Below are positions 1 to 13,320 of a DNA stretch of 64,000 bases, piece by piece. The first letter of the stretch is position 1. Every line of letters begins with the position of its first letter. The stretch spans positions 2,976,001 through 3,040,000 of the forward strand of contig JAYWIR010000010.1 of assembly GCA_036172245.1 (NCBI GenBank), read 5' to 3'. The translations under genes were made by a program, and so were the position numbers. The notes beneath the pieces were generated by a model that saw only the letters and a program-made list of their open reading frames with translations, made no database searches and was not told the origin of the DNA. This stretch comes from Raillietiella orientalis (lineage: Eukaryota).

Positions 1-513
1 CGTTCTCCTTCCTTTCCATGATGCGAGACGAGAAGGGATAGGAAACACGGAGTGATCCGTATGGTCCAAGACGCGTCAGACAGGTGATTTGTTTCCAAGA
101 GGCCCCTTCTGGAAACAAATCATCCCCTCCTGATTCGGATGTGCACCTCCCCTTTCTTTGATGCTTCCGCTCTCGGAGGTTCCACAAGCCGAGCGACTTT
201 GTGATCACGGGAGCTGCTGACCTTTCTTTGCAGCGCCGGAGAAACGCCCTCGGGAGACAAAGAAGTTGCGCAAGAGGCGAACCTAATGCCTGCGGCCCTG
301 GATGAAGCTCCAGAGCGAGAACGAGCTTGAACGGGCTCCCGTGGGACGGCTCTCAGAGTCCCCGACGTCTCATCGCAGCAAGGAGTCGAAATTGGCATCT
401 GCCGTGATGGCCAAGCTGCTCGTGTTGAAGGGATCCTTCCTTCACCGGGATCTAGATATCTTCCCTCGTTCCCTGCTCCGAATGGGTCAGCATTAAGTCA
501 TCGTAATATTTCG

Positions 514-592
514 AGAGGAAGAGAAGGAGGAGGAGGAAGAGGAAGGGGATGCGAGAGGAAGAGGGAGGGGTAGGAGGAGGAGGAAGAAAAAG
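514..592 (+). repeat. Purine-rich (GGA-type) low-complexity tract
   Basis: gagaggaagagaaggaggaggaggaagaggaagggg... Confidence 0.8.
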
Positions 593-1489
593 TGAGGATG
601 GCAGTCAGGTCTTCCCACATTCTTCTCGGAAAGAGATGCGAAGGGAGATTCTTCTCCTCATTGTTCTGAATGAACGGAGAGCTGGTGCTCTCCGTTCTTT
701 CAGAACAATTGAGAATTTCTGGGGGTGTTGGACAGCAGCTCCCTAGCATGCACACGCGTCGGAACCGAGGGGAATTCCGTCCCCCATTGTCTCAGCGGAG
801 TCTCCAGGGAGTGCCAGCCGATCTTCGGAATGGCGGTGACAGGAATGTCCAAGTGTCGTGGGGTGGGACGGAAGCAAAAAGAGCCTGCGGTGGAGATGGC
901 AAGAGAATTCGCGGGGAAGCGGAGAATGCAATGTCAACGGAGTGCGCGCGGAGGAGACAAGGAGCCATTTGAGACCGGCGATGAAACGGGAGGACGTAAT
1001 TAATTATTGGAGAGGAAGCAGCGCGCGATGCCGCTGCCGAACCCTATGAATGCCCTCCGAAGATTTACTGGCACTTAAGACCCGCTCCGACCGCTGGGCG
1101 CGGAGTGCTTTATGGGACCTTAAGGGCTGCCTGGCGATGCAGATGCTCGGATGTCGTCGCCGAGCGCTATCGCTCCCGTGTGATGCACGGGTGGGGTGGG
1201 GGCTTCCGGGAATTATCCGAAGCGGTGACGAAGGTCAGAGACTCCCTCATCGCGTCTTTCGCGGCACTGGGTTCTTGCGGAAGAGGACGGAGACGCCAGA
1301 CCGCTCGTTCCAGATCTGAGACGCTTCCCCAGAGAGCAGGCAGGCGAGTCCTCCCTGGGCCGGGACCTACAAGAGACTGACCGCTGAAGAAGGGCCTTGT
1401 GACGCCGATCATCAACGGTGTTGGAAGACGCTGTGGAGGAGGTGGCAAAGGATTTTGTTTCCAGCTCTTATCCCTACCAACATCAGTCC

Positions 1490-1880
1490 GCGTTGGCTCC
1501 CGTATGGCTGCGGTCTCCGCGCGTGGCACCGAGCCTTTGCGGATTCGAATCCCCACGTGGAGGATTGGAACTTCGATAATGGATGAGTTCTGGGTTTCAA
1601 GTCCCCCTCCTCTCCCAGCAGGACGACGCTGGTTGGCCTATAGGCTTCCGATGCGGCACTGGCCGAAACCGGAAGCGGGGTAACCCCGTTGAGTGGCCGA
1701 GATTTGGAAGTTGATCCTCGGGTCCTCCCAGGAATCAAGGATCGACTTCAGTCCTCCATCGTGTACCATGGAGCTGGTTGATACCTCCTTCGGGAGGTCT
1801 CTAGAGTGTCAGAAGCTCGCTGCTCCCTTCAGGGAGCGCCCTCCAGAGAAATGTGGAAGCGTCCCTTCGAAGTTCCCTTT
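1490..1880 (+). mobile_element. tRNA-headed SINE, copy 1
   Basis: A-box-like tggctcccgtatgg (1494-1507) and B-box ggattcgaatccc (1541-1553). The body (gcggcactgg...ccccgttga...ggaagttga...tcctccatcg.gtaccatggagctg) is shared with the other copies. Confidence 0.75.
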
Positions 1881-4065
1881 GATGGAAAAAACAAGGAGAG
1901 GTGAGTCCGATTTACAAAGCGCTGCGGGTGCTGCTGCCTTGCCTGTGCGGTCCGGGGGTCGACCAGAGTCGAAAGGATGGCCTTCAGTGTGCAAGACGAG
2001 CCGAAGCTGCTGCGGGATGCGAGTCACAGGATGGGAGCGAGGTCTCCCTGGGTCCAGGCCAGACGGGCTGTGCAAGAACTCCTCCGATCGGCGTGGTCCT
2101 TTCGCGCCTCTAGAACCGACTCTCCGCTCGCTGCCTGCGCTTCACTATCCCTGGACGAAAAAGTTTCGAGAGAATGGCGGGAACCCGAGCGTCGCGTCTT
2201 CAGGGCGCGGCGCCGTCTCCGGCCCCAGAGTCAGGGAGCGAAACCCCGTCGACACCCTCGAGGTGTATCGACGCGAGCCGAAAAACTCCTCCTGTTTTGC
2301 TGAACGATTTGCGGATTAACCCGACCTCCAAGGGATCGTTCGTTCGTCGCCAAGGTCGATCCTGATTGGTCGGTTAAGAAAAAAAAAAAATCCGCGGTAT
2401 GCATGCCGAAACGTATGTTCGTGCGGCTGCGAAATTAAGGATCGTACGACGCGCGCGTTCCTCGGGAAGCTGTTAATTTCTCGGGACCAGAGATCGGCTT
2501 CAAACGAGTCTGTAGAGAAGCAGACGCTTTCTGAGAAGACATCGGGGACCGGGCAAGAAACCCACTTCCGGAGGAAAGCCGTTTCCACTCTGGAGGCGTG
2601 AGCAAGATATAAGGAAGGGTGGTGAATTGGTAGGAGGAGGTAGGGGGCCGACGGCGGAGGTCGATTTGCTCGCGTGTGCAAGAGCGCTGAAGAACGATCG
2701 GCTGGGGGAACCCACGCGCCGCGTGTAACCAAGGTTGCATCTTAAAAGCACCGAGGCATGCTAAATTCATAGGCGCCGCTTATTCTGGAGGGACAAGCGA
2801 GCGCGTCAGTTGTTGCACGATCGGATTCGAAGATTTATATTTCCCTCGAGAAGATTTTCTTGCGCGCCCGCACTCTCGAAGGCACTCTGTTTGGCACTCG
2901 AGGCTCATCGTAAGAGTCAACAGCAGTACCAGATGACAGTCAAGTGCCTGCTGCTGCAACTCCTCCTCCGTCCTTTCCCTCCTCCTCCGCTTTCCCGAGA
3001 GGAGCCCCAATCTTCTGGATCTTCCCTGGAGAAGCAACAAGCTGTGATCTCTGCAGAACCGAGGAGCGACCCTGTGCATCTAGCATCTTGTGATGAGGAT
3101 CTGAGCTATCTCAAGATTCCTTCCCTCTGGGTCCATGTCGGCATGGAGCTCGGAGAAGAAGAGGCATGTCGATGCCGGATCGAGGGAGGCTGTTCCCTCC
3201 CCTCTCCCCCTTCCTCTTTTAGAGCCCCGCACCTGAGGCTGTCGATTTCAGCCGGTCCATCATCAAGGCATTGACAGACTCATCATTCACATCTGAAGCA
3301 CCCATAGAAACGGAGAGGCTCCTGCAGACACAGAGTAGGGATGCCTCGTCGCGGGTTCTTCGCAGACACCTTCTCCCTCGCCCTTCAGCATCTCCAGTAT
3401 GTTCTCCGTGCCACTTTTCCAGAAGGTCGATCCTCATCCCTAGGGAAGACTTCATCTGGAGGAAATTCCCAGACTCCTTCCAGCTTCCGCTTTCGATCCG
3501 CAAATCTTTCCGGAAAGGTGGCTGCCTCCTCCCAGATGAGTCCGCGCCCTCTACCTCTCGTCAATCGAGCGACACTCTTCTTGGGGACAGCGAAGGTTGT
3601 GTGGCCATGCGCCCGTATCTCGAAAGTTGCTCCTGGCGACGCGGTTTCGAAGGCGCGTGCGGAAGCGGAAGCGCTTTGGCAGCCCCCTGATGGCCGAAGT
3701 CTGTCGGCCTGTCGTCGTCATGAAGGATACAAACGGAAGGAACGGGCGCTCTCGGCGGACGCGGAGGGCGGGACGAAAACAACGCCGAGGATGCTCCAGC
3801 TGGAAGCAGGAAGGAAGCAACGCCCCAGAACATCTTCCTTCCGCCTAGCAACCGCTGCCTCCGAAGGGAGTTGTCCGAAGAGGCTCCTTCTTCCTCTCTC
3901 CGCACCACGCCCGCAACAGGGGTCCTCCAAAAAGCGGATCCTTAAGCTGATGCAAGACGACCGTTCCGCCCTGCTCGTCCCCTGTGCGAAAAGGAAAGGG
4001 CGGGGGATCGGAAAACGGGTGATTTAGGGGTAGGGCAGGGAGCACGGGCGTATCCGGCAGCTTAC

Positions 4066-4733
4066 TTCATAGAGGAAAAGAGTGTAGGTGGCACTTCTGG
4101 AGTTCTGGCTCGCTAGCAACCACTCCCCAAATCCACAGGCGGTTTTCATGGCTGACTCAGATATGCGGCTGACGAGGGAAAGCGGGGCGGGGGCGACGGA
4201 GCGTATGCTACTTCTAGAGCGATTCTCAGGCGCTCTCTCCATATAGTAGCCAGCGAATTTTGCTCCGAGTCTCACGTCGATTCCTCCCTCTTTGCCCATC
4301 TCTACAGGGAATCTTTGCATCCCGGAAAAAAAATCGTCCTTCCCAGCGTTCGTCCCTCCAGCAGAAGAGAGTCTCCTTGAAAAGACCTTTCGACCTTTTC
4401 ATTCATCCCTTCGCATCCTTTCTCCGATGGAAATTCTCCCCATCTGATCTTCTGTCCTTTCTGAGAAGTATTCAGTGAGAGATTCGGGAAAACGGGAGCG
4501 GGAAGGTGAGGAAGAAGAGCCTCCCACTGCTGCCCGCGGCACTTTCCCCTCGTACCGAGGGATCGCATATTTACCTCTGAGAGGAGAGACCCAGCATCTC
4601 CGGGAGAGGGAAGATGCCAATCGAGTGGTGAAACCCGGTGATGTTCCCGGGAATTCCGTGTTGGCACCACGGCATCGTGTGCAGAAGCTGAAGCGCTGGG
4701 CTTTCGGAGTCGCGCTGCCACAGGCAGTTGAAT
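4066..4733 (-). other. Two phase-compatible exon candidates (4733-4575 and 4168-4066) of an unrecognised gene
   Basis: Both have pyrimidine-rich AG acceptors and gtaaat/gtaagc donors. They splice in frame to FNCLWQRDS...GLSSQSRISESAMKTACGFGEWLLASQNSRSATYTLFLYE. No family recognised. Confidence 0.25.
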
Positions 4734-5965
4734 CTGAAGAAGCAGGTCAGAGGCAGCATCACGGCGAGCATCCCTCGCAATAACAGTTCCCCTGGCAACT
4801 TCTTCAAACGCTTTCGTCTCGTCTCCTCCACGGCAGCGCTCCTGGCCACTGAACTGCCGCTCCTTTCTTGTCCACGTTGGTTCCTTCTTAGATGCCTTCT
4901 CGCTACTCCGTAGTTCCTTTGTCCCCATGAGCAGAAACATGTACACACAGGAACTCAGAGCACGTGCCCTGGGGGTTTCCGAGTCGTAAAAAATCTCATG
5001 GGCGCTGACATCCTGCAGCCGTGCTGCTCAATCTTGAGGGAGTGGCCGGCAGGAGGGGGAGCGATGATGCGGTGGCACACGCCTGCACTCTTCAGAGAGC
5101 AGCAGATCTCGAGGAGAAGTGGACCAGAGGCAGGAGCTGGTCGCCCGGGACGGTGACTAGTTCTTTTCGTGAGGGAGAGTCAACAGGCAGGTTCATGCTG
5201 CGAGACATGCCGGGAGCTGAATGTGGAAGTGACTACGGCTTGATTCCCAAACCATGTCGTCGAAAAACCTCCAAAAATACTCCTAACCCTACCCTTTGGT
5301 CGCGGGGAAGCGTCGTTCATCGGAAGGTCAGCCCTCCGGTACGTTTTCGGTGCCAAAGATAATCACTATAAATAAGTCTACCAGCTTCCTTGACCTCCTG
5401 ACCTTCCGATGAAGCAGTAGCCCTTCTTCATCCTTTCAGTGGATGAGGTCATTTTGAGTCTTGCGAAGGGGAATCGGGCATTCGTTGCTGGAGAAATCTT
5501 CATCAAGGACAAGTCGGATGAGGAAGGCGGCGAGATGCAAGCCGTCCAAAGTCAACAGGAGAGTTCACATTCACAAGCTCGTCTGGACCATATCAGCACG
5601 ACGTATGCCTTCCTGAGGACGTCACGGTCAGAGTGCAACTCGCTTCTCATCGCAAGGCTGCCGATCGTTTCTCAGAAAAGTCCACTCAGAAGTGGGTGAG
5701 CATTTCATCGGTTGTGAGAGAGATTTTGAGATGCACATACCACCGTAGGAGTCCGTAAGGACTTTTGGTGACATCTCAAGATTCCTGGGGTCTTCGGAAA
5801 GACTTGGAGAAGTATGGCTAGATCTGCTTCATCGCTAGTCCTAGTACGCGGACGGGAAGCTGAGGAAGCCTCCCTCACGAGTCTTCCGAGTCCCGTGAGG
5901 GGCAAGAGAACATTCCTTCCTGCCAACGGCTTCTTCCCCTTTCCTCTCTTCCTCAGAATGCTGAG

Positions 5966-8542
5966 GCTGCATCCAAGTAAGTATCTGTGCTCTTCTCACG
6001 CAAACACGTGCTGAGAGACTTCAAGGGGAGGAAGGAGAGGCAGTAGGTGTTTTCTTCCCTTCGGGCCCGAGAAGTGCTAGAAGCGAAGAGGGTGGAAGAG
6101 AAAGGGGGACATCACAAAGGGATTTCCTTGACCTCACAGTTCTCAGTTCTGGATTTCCCGTTATTTTCTGGCTCCTTCCCATTAGGATTCGTTTCATTTG
6201 CTGCCGGCAACAGACACCTAGCAACCAACAACCAAACTTCCGCGTGATCCTTTTCCTCTTTGGAGAAACGAGAAACTCTTGCACTGCTGCGTGCGCTGCA
6301 TCCTGATGAATGAAACAGCTGTGAACGCCCAATTTCATCCGCAACAGCTCTTCCTCTTAATCACTCATCCTTGGTGACGGCGTCTCAGCCCGCGAGCTTC
6401 CATCTTGGAAGGAGAGGAAGAAAGCAGATTGCGGACAGGCAGGTTTATTCATCCCTCCTCCCTCCTTTCTCCTTTACTTCATTCTACCCCCTTTTTTTTA
6501 GCCCTTCAGTACGAGCAGCGGTACTGGGCAGTGGACAAAGAACAACGAGAAAGCCATGGAGGGGGGGGGATAGAAAACAGCGAGTCCGTATGGAATAGGG
6601 AAGAAGGGAAGGATATTGGGGTCAGACTGAAGCTCAAGGAGTTAGCAGTAGTCCCCAAACAGCTCCTGCAAGACTTGAAGGAGAGGATTCTTTTTGAAAC
6701 ACCTGCCTTCTCCAGCTCTGGAGCATGGTTTCTCGGGGAAGTTGTAGGTGCATACTGCTAGTGGAGAGAAAGCAGGCAGCACGACCTTCGCTTTTCTCTC
6801 GAAAGACTCGAGGACGTTCTACAGTCCTGGTTCCTTCTAGGATCGAGATTGCAAAGAATGACCTCTTCCTCCCACCCAGTCTCGATTCCCTTATCTACAG
6901 GAGACCACAGGGATGGTAGGAGCTTTTTCGCATCCAGTTACGTTTATCCCGAGGGACTAAGGCCGCCTCTCTTTGCCTTTTATCCAGCTCTCGTGACCGC
7001 CCAAGCCACAGCGAGTGCAAGCTTGCACTCCACGAACAGCTTCTTTCCCCACTCCTCTCAGGTAGGCCGATGTTCTTCAGCTTCTCTCTCTTCCCTTCCT
7101 TATCGGTTGAGCTGTACTGAGGAGGTCGGGGTACCCGGCACGAGGAAGGCCTGATAAGGAAGGATGAGGAAGGATGGGAGGGAGGCTGTTCCCTTAAACA
7201 AAAAAAGAGTGAGGGTCCTTCCGTGGAGTGAGTTGCGTAGACTGAAGAGAGGGAGCTCGAAGGCGTAGCCAAGGAAAAATGCACGCTGCTCCGGGAAGGA
7301 AAATTCATTCGAGAGGCCTTGAAAAACGTTGCTGGAGCTTTTGTCGAGTAAGAGCCATTGAGGACAAACAAATTAGACACATGAGACAAATTAGACACAT
7401 TAGACACATGAGACAAATTCCGAAGAACACGAAGAGGATCCATCTAGCCAAAGGAGTGTATGATGGGGAATGAGTACCGATGATACCTCCGATTCTAGTT
7501 GCCTAAGATGGTTCTTTGTGAACGTCTACAGCTGCGAAAGGTGATTTTCGTGGAGTCATCGCTAGCCTGGGGCTCTCTGGAGCTGCAACAGCAAAGGAGG
7601 GTTGCTTCGAGACCATCATTCACTGATAGTGCACGCGTAGCGAGGAAAATTCCCTCCCCTCTTGGCCTCTTGCAAAGAAATTCCCGCTGTCGTAAGTGGC
7701 TGCTTAGAGCCCCGAAGCATTTTGCTTTCAGATGTGACCGGCAGCACATCTAAAGGCGATCCTCTCCTTCAACTCTTGCAGGCAGGAGCTTCAGGGAGAA
7801 TCCTCTCTTTTAACTCTGCGCTCCCATCCCCTCACATTTGGCTCATGCGGAGCTCCAGGATGCCAAACTCGCGATCCCATCGCAGGTGAGCACGTCCTGA
7901 GGAGTCGCTTCCAAAGGGGAAGGATATTGACTTTCCTATCCGAAAAGGCATTCAATTCATGATCGGAGGATGTGCTGCTTGGCCGCACCTTCAGGAGACG
8001 TTTCTTTCCTCCGCGTCTTCGCGGCGCCTCGGACCGGCGTTCTACCGACAGTCGTATCCGGCTGCCTTCCAGCTAGCGAAGAAAACTTCCTGTTCACCCC
8101 GCAGCGCTCACTCCTGGAGCTTGTCGACCTTCCTCCTGAGCACAGGGGTGACAGGCAAACAAATGACCGCCTCTCGTTTCGTCCCTCGAAGGGAAAGGCA
8201 CTCAACTGCCTCCTGGCTGTATCTGGTGGGTGCGCTGCTCGGCTCTTTTGCTCTGGAGGGATCGGATGATGAGGTCCAAGCATTTTCCTGTGGTCTGGGC
8301 ACGTGGTTCCAGCATGCTTGACTCCGGATGTGCGTGTGCGCGCGCGGACTCATTCTCTTCAGTGGTTGCAGGAAGCGCTTGGGATTCCTCTTGCTCCTCT
8401 CATTCTTCTTGCTCTCCTCATTCCCTTCTGGCTCTTCTCGAACCAGAAGGGAAGCGAGCACCTTCCTCCTCTCCTTCCTCCCCCTGAAGTCTCTTAGCAT
8501 GCGTTTGCGTGAGAAGAGCACGGATACTTACCTGGATGCAGC
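5966..8542. repeat. Diverged inverted duplication (5966-6710 vs 7757-8542)
   Basis: gctgcatcca.gtaagtatc.gtgctcttctcacgcaaac...gagacttca.gggg(g)aggaaggagagg occurs on + from 5966 and on - from 8542. A second collinear block agctcctgc..aaga.ttgaaggagaggat is at 6661 (+) and 7790 (-). Confidence 0.85.
7368..7419 (+). repeat. 9-bp minisatellite (acamatkag), ~6 units
   Basis: acaaattag acacatgag acaaattag acacattag acacatgag acaaatt. Confidence 0.9.
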
Positions 8543-11500
8543 ATTCTTCTTGCTCCTGGAAGCAAACGAATGGAGTTCCCAAACTTCTTTCAGACGACGC
8601 AACTTCAAGGATTCAATCTTTAGAAGGAAGAAAAAGTCTGAAATCCCGAGAATATTCACACTGCATTTAATCTGACGAAAAATCATGGTTTACGAAATAC
8701 CATCATGACTGCGAGGGGAGACGATCCTGTCGAAACTCCAGGGTGCATCTTGCGACAGAAGCACTTTGTCGTGGTCACTTCCGGAGACAGAACTTTTTTC
8801 AAGAGGCAATCTCTTGCGTGATTTCTCCTGAGTCAGCTTCACGACAATCACGGTTATCTTGAGCCAACAGACCCAAGACGAATCTTCAAGACAGGTAGCC
8901 ATCCTTTAAAGCTTCCTTCAAGGACGTCTTTGGCATGGAGAGAGACGCAGCCTCTGAGTGTTCTGCTGTCGGCAAAAAAGCTACGGTGAGGATGGCAGCC
9001 GAACTGAAGTCGAACTTTGTCAAGCTCTCAGTAAAAAAATTTCCACTCACAAAAGAAAGAGGAAGCTCAGCTCCCAATGGGATGGGAGCGGTTCTTTCTT
9101 TCAAGAAACAACGACTTCCCGTTCTGCTCCTCGATAGTCGGTACAGAAAAGGATCGACCGGTGGTTCATGTCAGAATCTCGGGAGGTAGGCTTGTAGCCA
9201 AGGTCACATGGTACTCATAACTCCGTGACCCCACCCAGAGACTGTATGTGCGTGGTTCAGCATTCCCATGGGCGACCCTTCCATTCTGACCTGAACGCCT
9301 GCATTTTCTGGAACAGAAAAGCTGTCAGGACGTGACTAAAGCTCTGTTGAGGCTGCAAGAATCCAAGGTAGCAAATGGACGGGTTCTCCAACTCTTCCCA
9401 CTGGTCTCCACGTTCTGTGTCATTCTGTCTTTTTGCTTTGCCTTCCTCTCTGTCAAATAACGACTATGGAATAATAGAGGATACTCAGCCTGGCCGGACG
9501 CCCCTCGTTTAAACAACATCCAGTCCCAAAATTTCGGTCCTCTAGATGAGTTCTCTAAAGTTTCCCTTCTCTAGAGGAAAAATATCATCAGGAACTCCCA
9601 GTCTCTGGATTTTGCAGCCTTCTGCTTATAGTCAAGCAGATCTCCAGATCCACGACAATCGAAATCCAGTGAGCCCTGTTTTCGGACTTCATAATAAACA
9701 TCCCCTTCCTCCTCTCCACTCCCGACTTGCTGTCAAATTCAAACTGACCAATCAGCACGAGAGTCGCGAAGATACGAGCAGGTCGCCACCGAAAAAACAA
9801 AAACTCACTGAAGGCAGAGCAGCATCCGCGGCATCTGCTTCCAAGAGCTCTTTAAAGCCACCATGGTAACCGCTGCCTCCTGCGATCGCCTTTCCCACGG
9901 GGGTGGGTGAACATGAGTTGCTTTTTCTGGGCAAGCGAGGCTACAACTTGGGAAACGGGAACCAGAAACCTGATCTCGTTGATCTTCAGTGAAGAAGGAA
10001 AATAAATCTGCATACCAATCGTAAAAAATAATTACGAGCTTTGTAATAAATAATAATTATCATGAATGATTTTTTGGCTAGGAAACTTCGTTTGTAGTGC
10101 GGTGATCCTCCATGAGTTCTCCGCACCCGATCATAGCGTCCTCTTGATACGGGAGCATCCAGCGCTCGCAAAGCACGCGTGTCACGACGTCACAAGGAAC
10201 AACCATTCATCTCGAGATGCAGTCGCGCGCATTGTCTAGGAAACGGGCCGTTTGCCGTTCCAGTTCCCTAAACTTGGAATTCTCGCTTACTCGAGTTTCA
10301 GCAAGAACAAAAGAGACGTCCTTGTTCTGTTGTTGTCATGCTAAAGCCGTCCCGGGAATACACACACATTGGAATTCGCGCTTCATTTACGCAAAAGGGC
10401 CTTTGCGTCTCCAAGGTGCTGCTGCCCTTTGTCGGAGCTCACCAGCTCACCCCACTCCGGCCTTTGTTAAGCAACTGCTGTTTTCCGATGGATCTCTCGG
10501 AACGCATTCGACGAACGGATCCATGGATCCCAGCTCGTTTTCTCCTTTTTCTCTTTCCTCTCCTCTTATCTATTGTCTCTGATCCTTATTTATGAGGTAT
10601 CTGGGAGATTTGTCATCTTCTGCTTAAGAGGAACCGACGACTGTTGCATTCATCAAGTTGGGTCTTTATACCAACGTCTGCTGCGCTTTTCTTTCGGTGC
10701 ACGTCAGCGCTACGTTTCTCATGCAGGATGGTTTCCCTTTTATTGCTGTCAGTGAAGTGAACTCATAGATAGTAGGAATATTATATGGACCATAACCCTT
10801 TGATTACACACACGTGATTGCACGTACAGTGCGTGTAAGCAGTAACCGCGAAGATCATGACGTGATCGGGAAGCAAAGCCCTGTGTGTGGCCGCAGTAAA
10901 AGCGAAATCTGAGCATCTTTTAAAGTAGAATCACTGGAAATTATCTTCTCGTGTGAAGGAGCAGTTTCTAGGAACTGAATCACCTTGAGCAGCACGGATC
11001 TTAGTGACTGGCAGACCCGATAGGACTCCAAAAAAGGGGAAAGGATGATTCCTTGAAGCCTGTGCGGTTCGCGCGAGGTGCAAATTGATTTTTGATTTGC
11101 AAAAGAAAAAAAAAAACCTAAAAATGAAGGCGCCTGCGCACACCCTCACTGGAATTCGCAAACACACACGAATACGCACGCGCAAGCTCCTGCACGCAAC
11201 TACACACACGCGCTCGCGCACACGGAAAGCCCTTGGCGCAAACGCACACTCCCACAAACACTGGAGATTGTTTTGGCTGTGAAGCAGCACCACCTTTGGG
11301 ATGCCATCTGCGTCAGTTTCATCTGAAAGAGGCGTTGGGAGACTATACGGAACGGGCTCATGTTCATCGCGAGACACAGGACCTTTTGCGTCTTGCCAGC
11401 GCTCCATTATCTGAATCCCTGTGGTCACACTTCCCGATGTTCTGTAAACCATACCAAGATGGATGTAGATTCAGGAAGAAACCAGCCACAGTAATGACGA

Positions 11501-12033
11501 GTTGCGTTCTGAAGGAAATTCCGATGGCCGGGAGTTACAGAGGGCTCACTCCTAGACATGTATAGAGACCCCCATTTTGGTTGCACCTGATTCTTGAAGT
11601 TTGGGAAGTTTGGGAAGACTGAAGTCCCAAAGGACCACTTTGTGACGGGTTACTGAATCTACGCAGGCTAACTGTCTGCTGTGGGCGTGTGAGGGAGGAT
11701 TACATCCTTGCTGCTTTCCTCTACACGCTCCAAATCTTCTTCCGCACCTCTGCTCTCAGCTTTTTGCCTCCAGCAATTTGCCTCCTTTCGCTTGTTGTTA
11801 TCGAAGAAGTTCTCTTCTAGAAAATCCTCATTCAACATTCGCCCTCGCATCTCTGGAGCAGTACTGGGATCCCTAAACGACTGTCATTAAGGAATGCGGG
11901 AATAGGACAGCAGAGAATCGGAATTTGAGGTTTTCGAAAATGAAGGCAGTCATTGTGGCCTCTGGAAATGTTCAGGTATCGTATTTCCAAAGTAGATGGA
12001 TTCTCTCGGCCAGCATCTCATTAGAATGATAAA

Positions 12034-12625
12034 TACGAGTTGGATTTCAAAAGTAAGAGCCGATCGGATATAAAGAAAGAACAAATCAGAGTAACAAAAA
12101 TGTATTGGTGGTTCGAAACACATACGACCCCATGTCCTTTTTCTACGCAGTCGCCGTTTTTTTTCAAACACTTTTGATACCGTGGAACAAGCTTTTTGGA
12201 ACCGTCTGCGTGAAATTCCGCCTCCTGGGAGTTCAGCCAGTCCAGCTGCACTGCAGTTTTCAACCCCTCGCTTTGGTCCTCGAATCGCTGAGATGCAAAC
12301 CACTTCTGGAGGTGCAGGAAGGAAGACGTGGTAGTCAATGGGCTCGAGGTCAGGGTTGTAAGGTGGGTGATCAAAATGTTTCCGTTCGAATTTCCGAATT
12401 GTCTGGAATTTGAGGGCCGCAGTCTGTGGAACCAGAAGGGTGCGCTTTTGGTGAACTTGATGGACCCTGGAACAACCGTCTACTGTGCGCAATTCTACTG
12501 TAAAGCACTTTCAAAACTGCAACGTGCCATTCAGAACCGACAACGTGGAATGCTGAGACCAGGAATTGTTCTTCTCCTTCACGACAACGCACGCCCACAC
12601 ACTGCTGTCCGCCACAAACCCAAAT
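12034..12625 (-). mobile_element. Decayed mariner (DD34D) transposon fragment with an internally inverted segment
   Basis: TA plus TIR-like cgagttggatttcaaaagt at 12034. Minus strand ~12410-12140 encodes FDHPPYNPDLEPIDYHVF...QRF...KKLVPRYQKCLKKNGDCVEK. Plus strand 12420-12610 encodes WNQKGALLVNLMDPGTTV...YC...GIVLLLHDNARPHTA. Confidence 0.92.
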
Positions 12626-12629
12626 AGGC

Positions 12630-13320
12630 AGCAAAGAGCTGCTAGGGGTGTAGCAGACGAAAGGGCGCCGCTCACGAAGAGGCGCTTTATCACGTTCTTG
12701 GGATTGTCCGTCGATGCACCAAGGGGCGCTGCGTAACGCAAGCACAGGGGCCGGAGAGCAGCACAGTCTACAAGCAGGTGCTGGAGGGACTCCCGTTCTC
12801 GCACCTGCAACAGTTGGGGTTCACAGCCCCCTGGGTCTGGTGAGATCGGAGAGCAATGCACGGGATACCCCAGTGCAACAGCAGAAGTGCCGACTCCTGA
12901 CACTTCAGGGAGAGGGCTCGGTTGTTCTTCAGCTCTGGAGGCCATTCGAGGCCTTCCAGTGGGATTCCCAGCATCTCAGCCAGCTCAAAAGTACTTTCGG
13001 TGCGGCAATTGAGGTCGCGGAGTCCGTGAGCTAGTCCGTGGTCCAACCATCTAATTCCTTCTCTCTTTCTCCGATCTCATATCGGACCTCCCATTTGGCA
13101 GGCTAGTTACTGCCCAAGTGCTACCTGAGGGAGGGCAGTGCCGTGGCTAGGGAGGTTCTTTGTGCCCACTCACACGTGGCGGACTGCACGATGACGTCCT
13201 GCAGCGAGCGGTTGCTGTAGAAGGAGTGCAGGAGTCTCTGCTGCATCACCAGCTCGCTTCGTTGTTATTGGCCCATGTGCGAACGGTTGCCTGCAACCAG
13301 GCACTACCGTTCGCGGGCCG
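12630..13320 (-). mobile_element. L1/Tx1-like non-LTR retrotransposon, ORF2 C-terminal relic
   Basis: Frameshifted LLLLHWGIP...NPNCCRC/RESLQHLLVDCAALRPL fits the CxxC..E...H...C zinc finger of LINE ORF2. Homologous to 30830-31860. Confidence 0.7.

Noticed and set aside
1490..1565. tRNA gene (also at 60610-60689)
   Set aside because: B-box is present but there is no convincing cloverleaf, and it continues into a shared repeat body, so it is a SINE head.
1831..1900. Plus-strand exon with cag acceptor and gtgagt donor
   Set aside because: Most of it aligns with the SINE body (compare 61140-61190).
2806..3274. Arthropod initiator TCAGTT followed by ORF MTVKCLLLQLLL...
   Set aside because: A six-base motif with no supporting TATA or DPE, and the ORF has no recognisable features.
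3341..4027. Long ORFs from the track (also 1693-2319, 21173-21895, 21373-22044, 57770-58498)
   Set aside because: Ser/Arg/Pro-rich, overlapping on both strands and without motifs; consistent with chance ORFs in GC-rich or repeat DNA.
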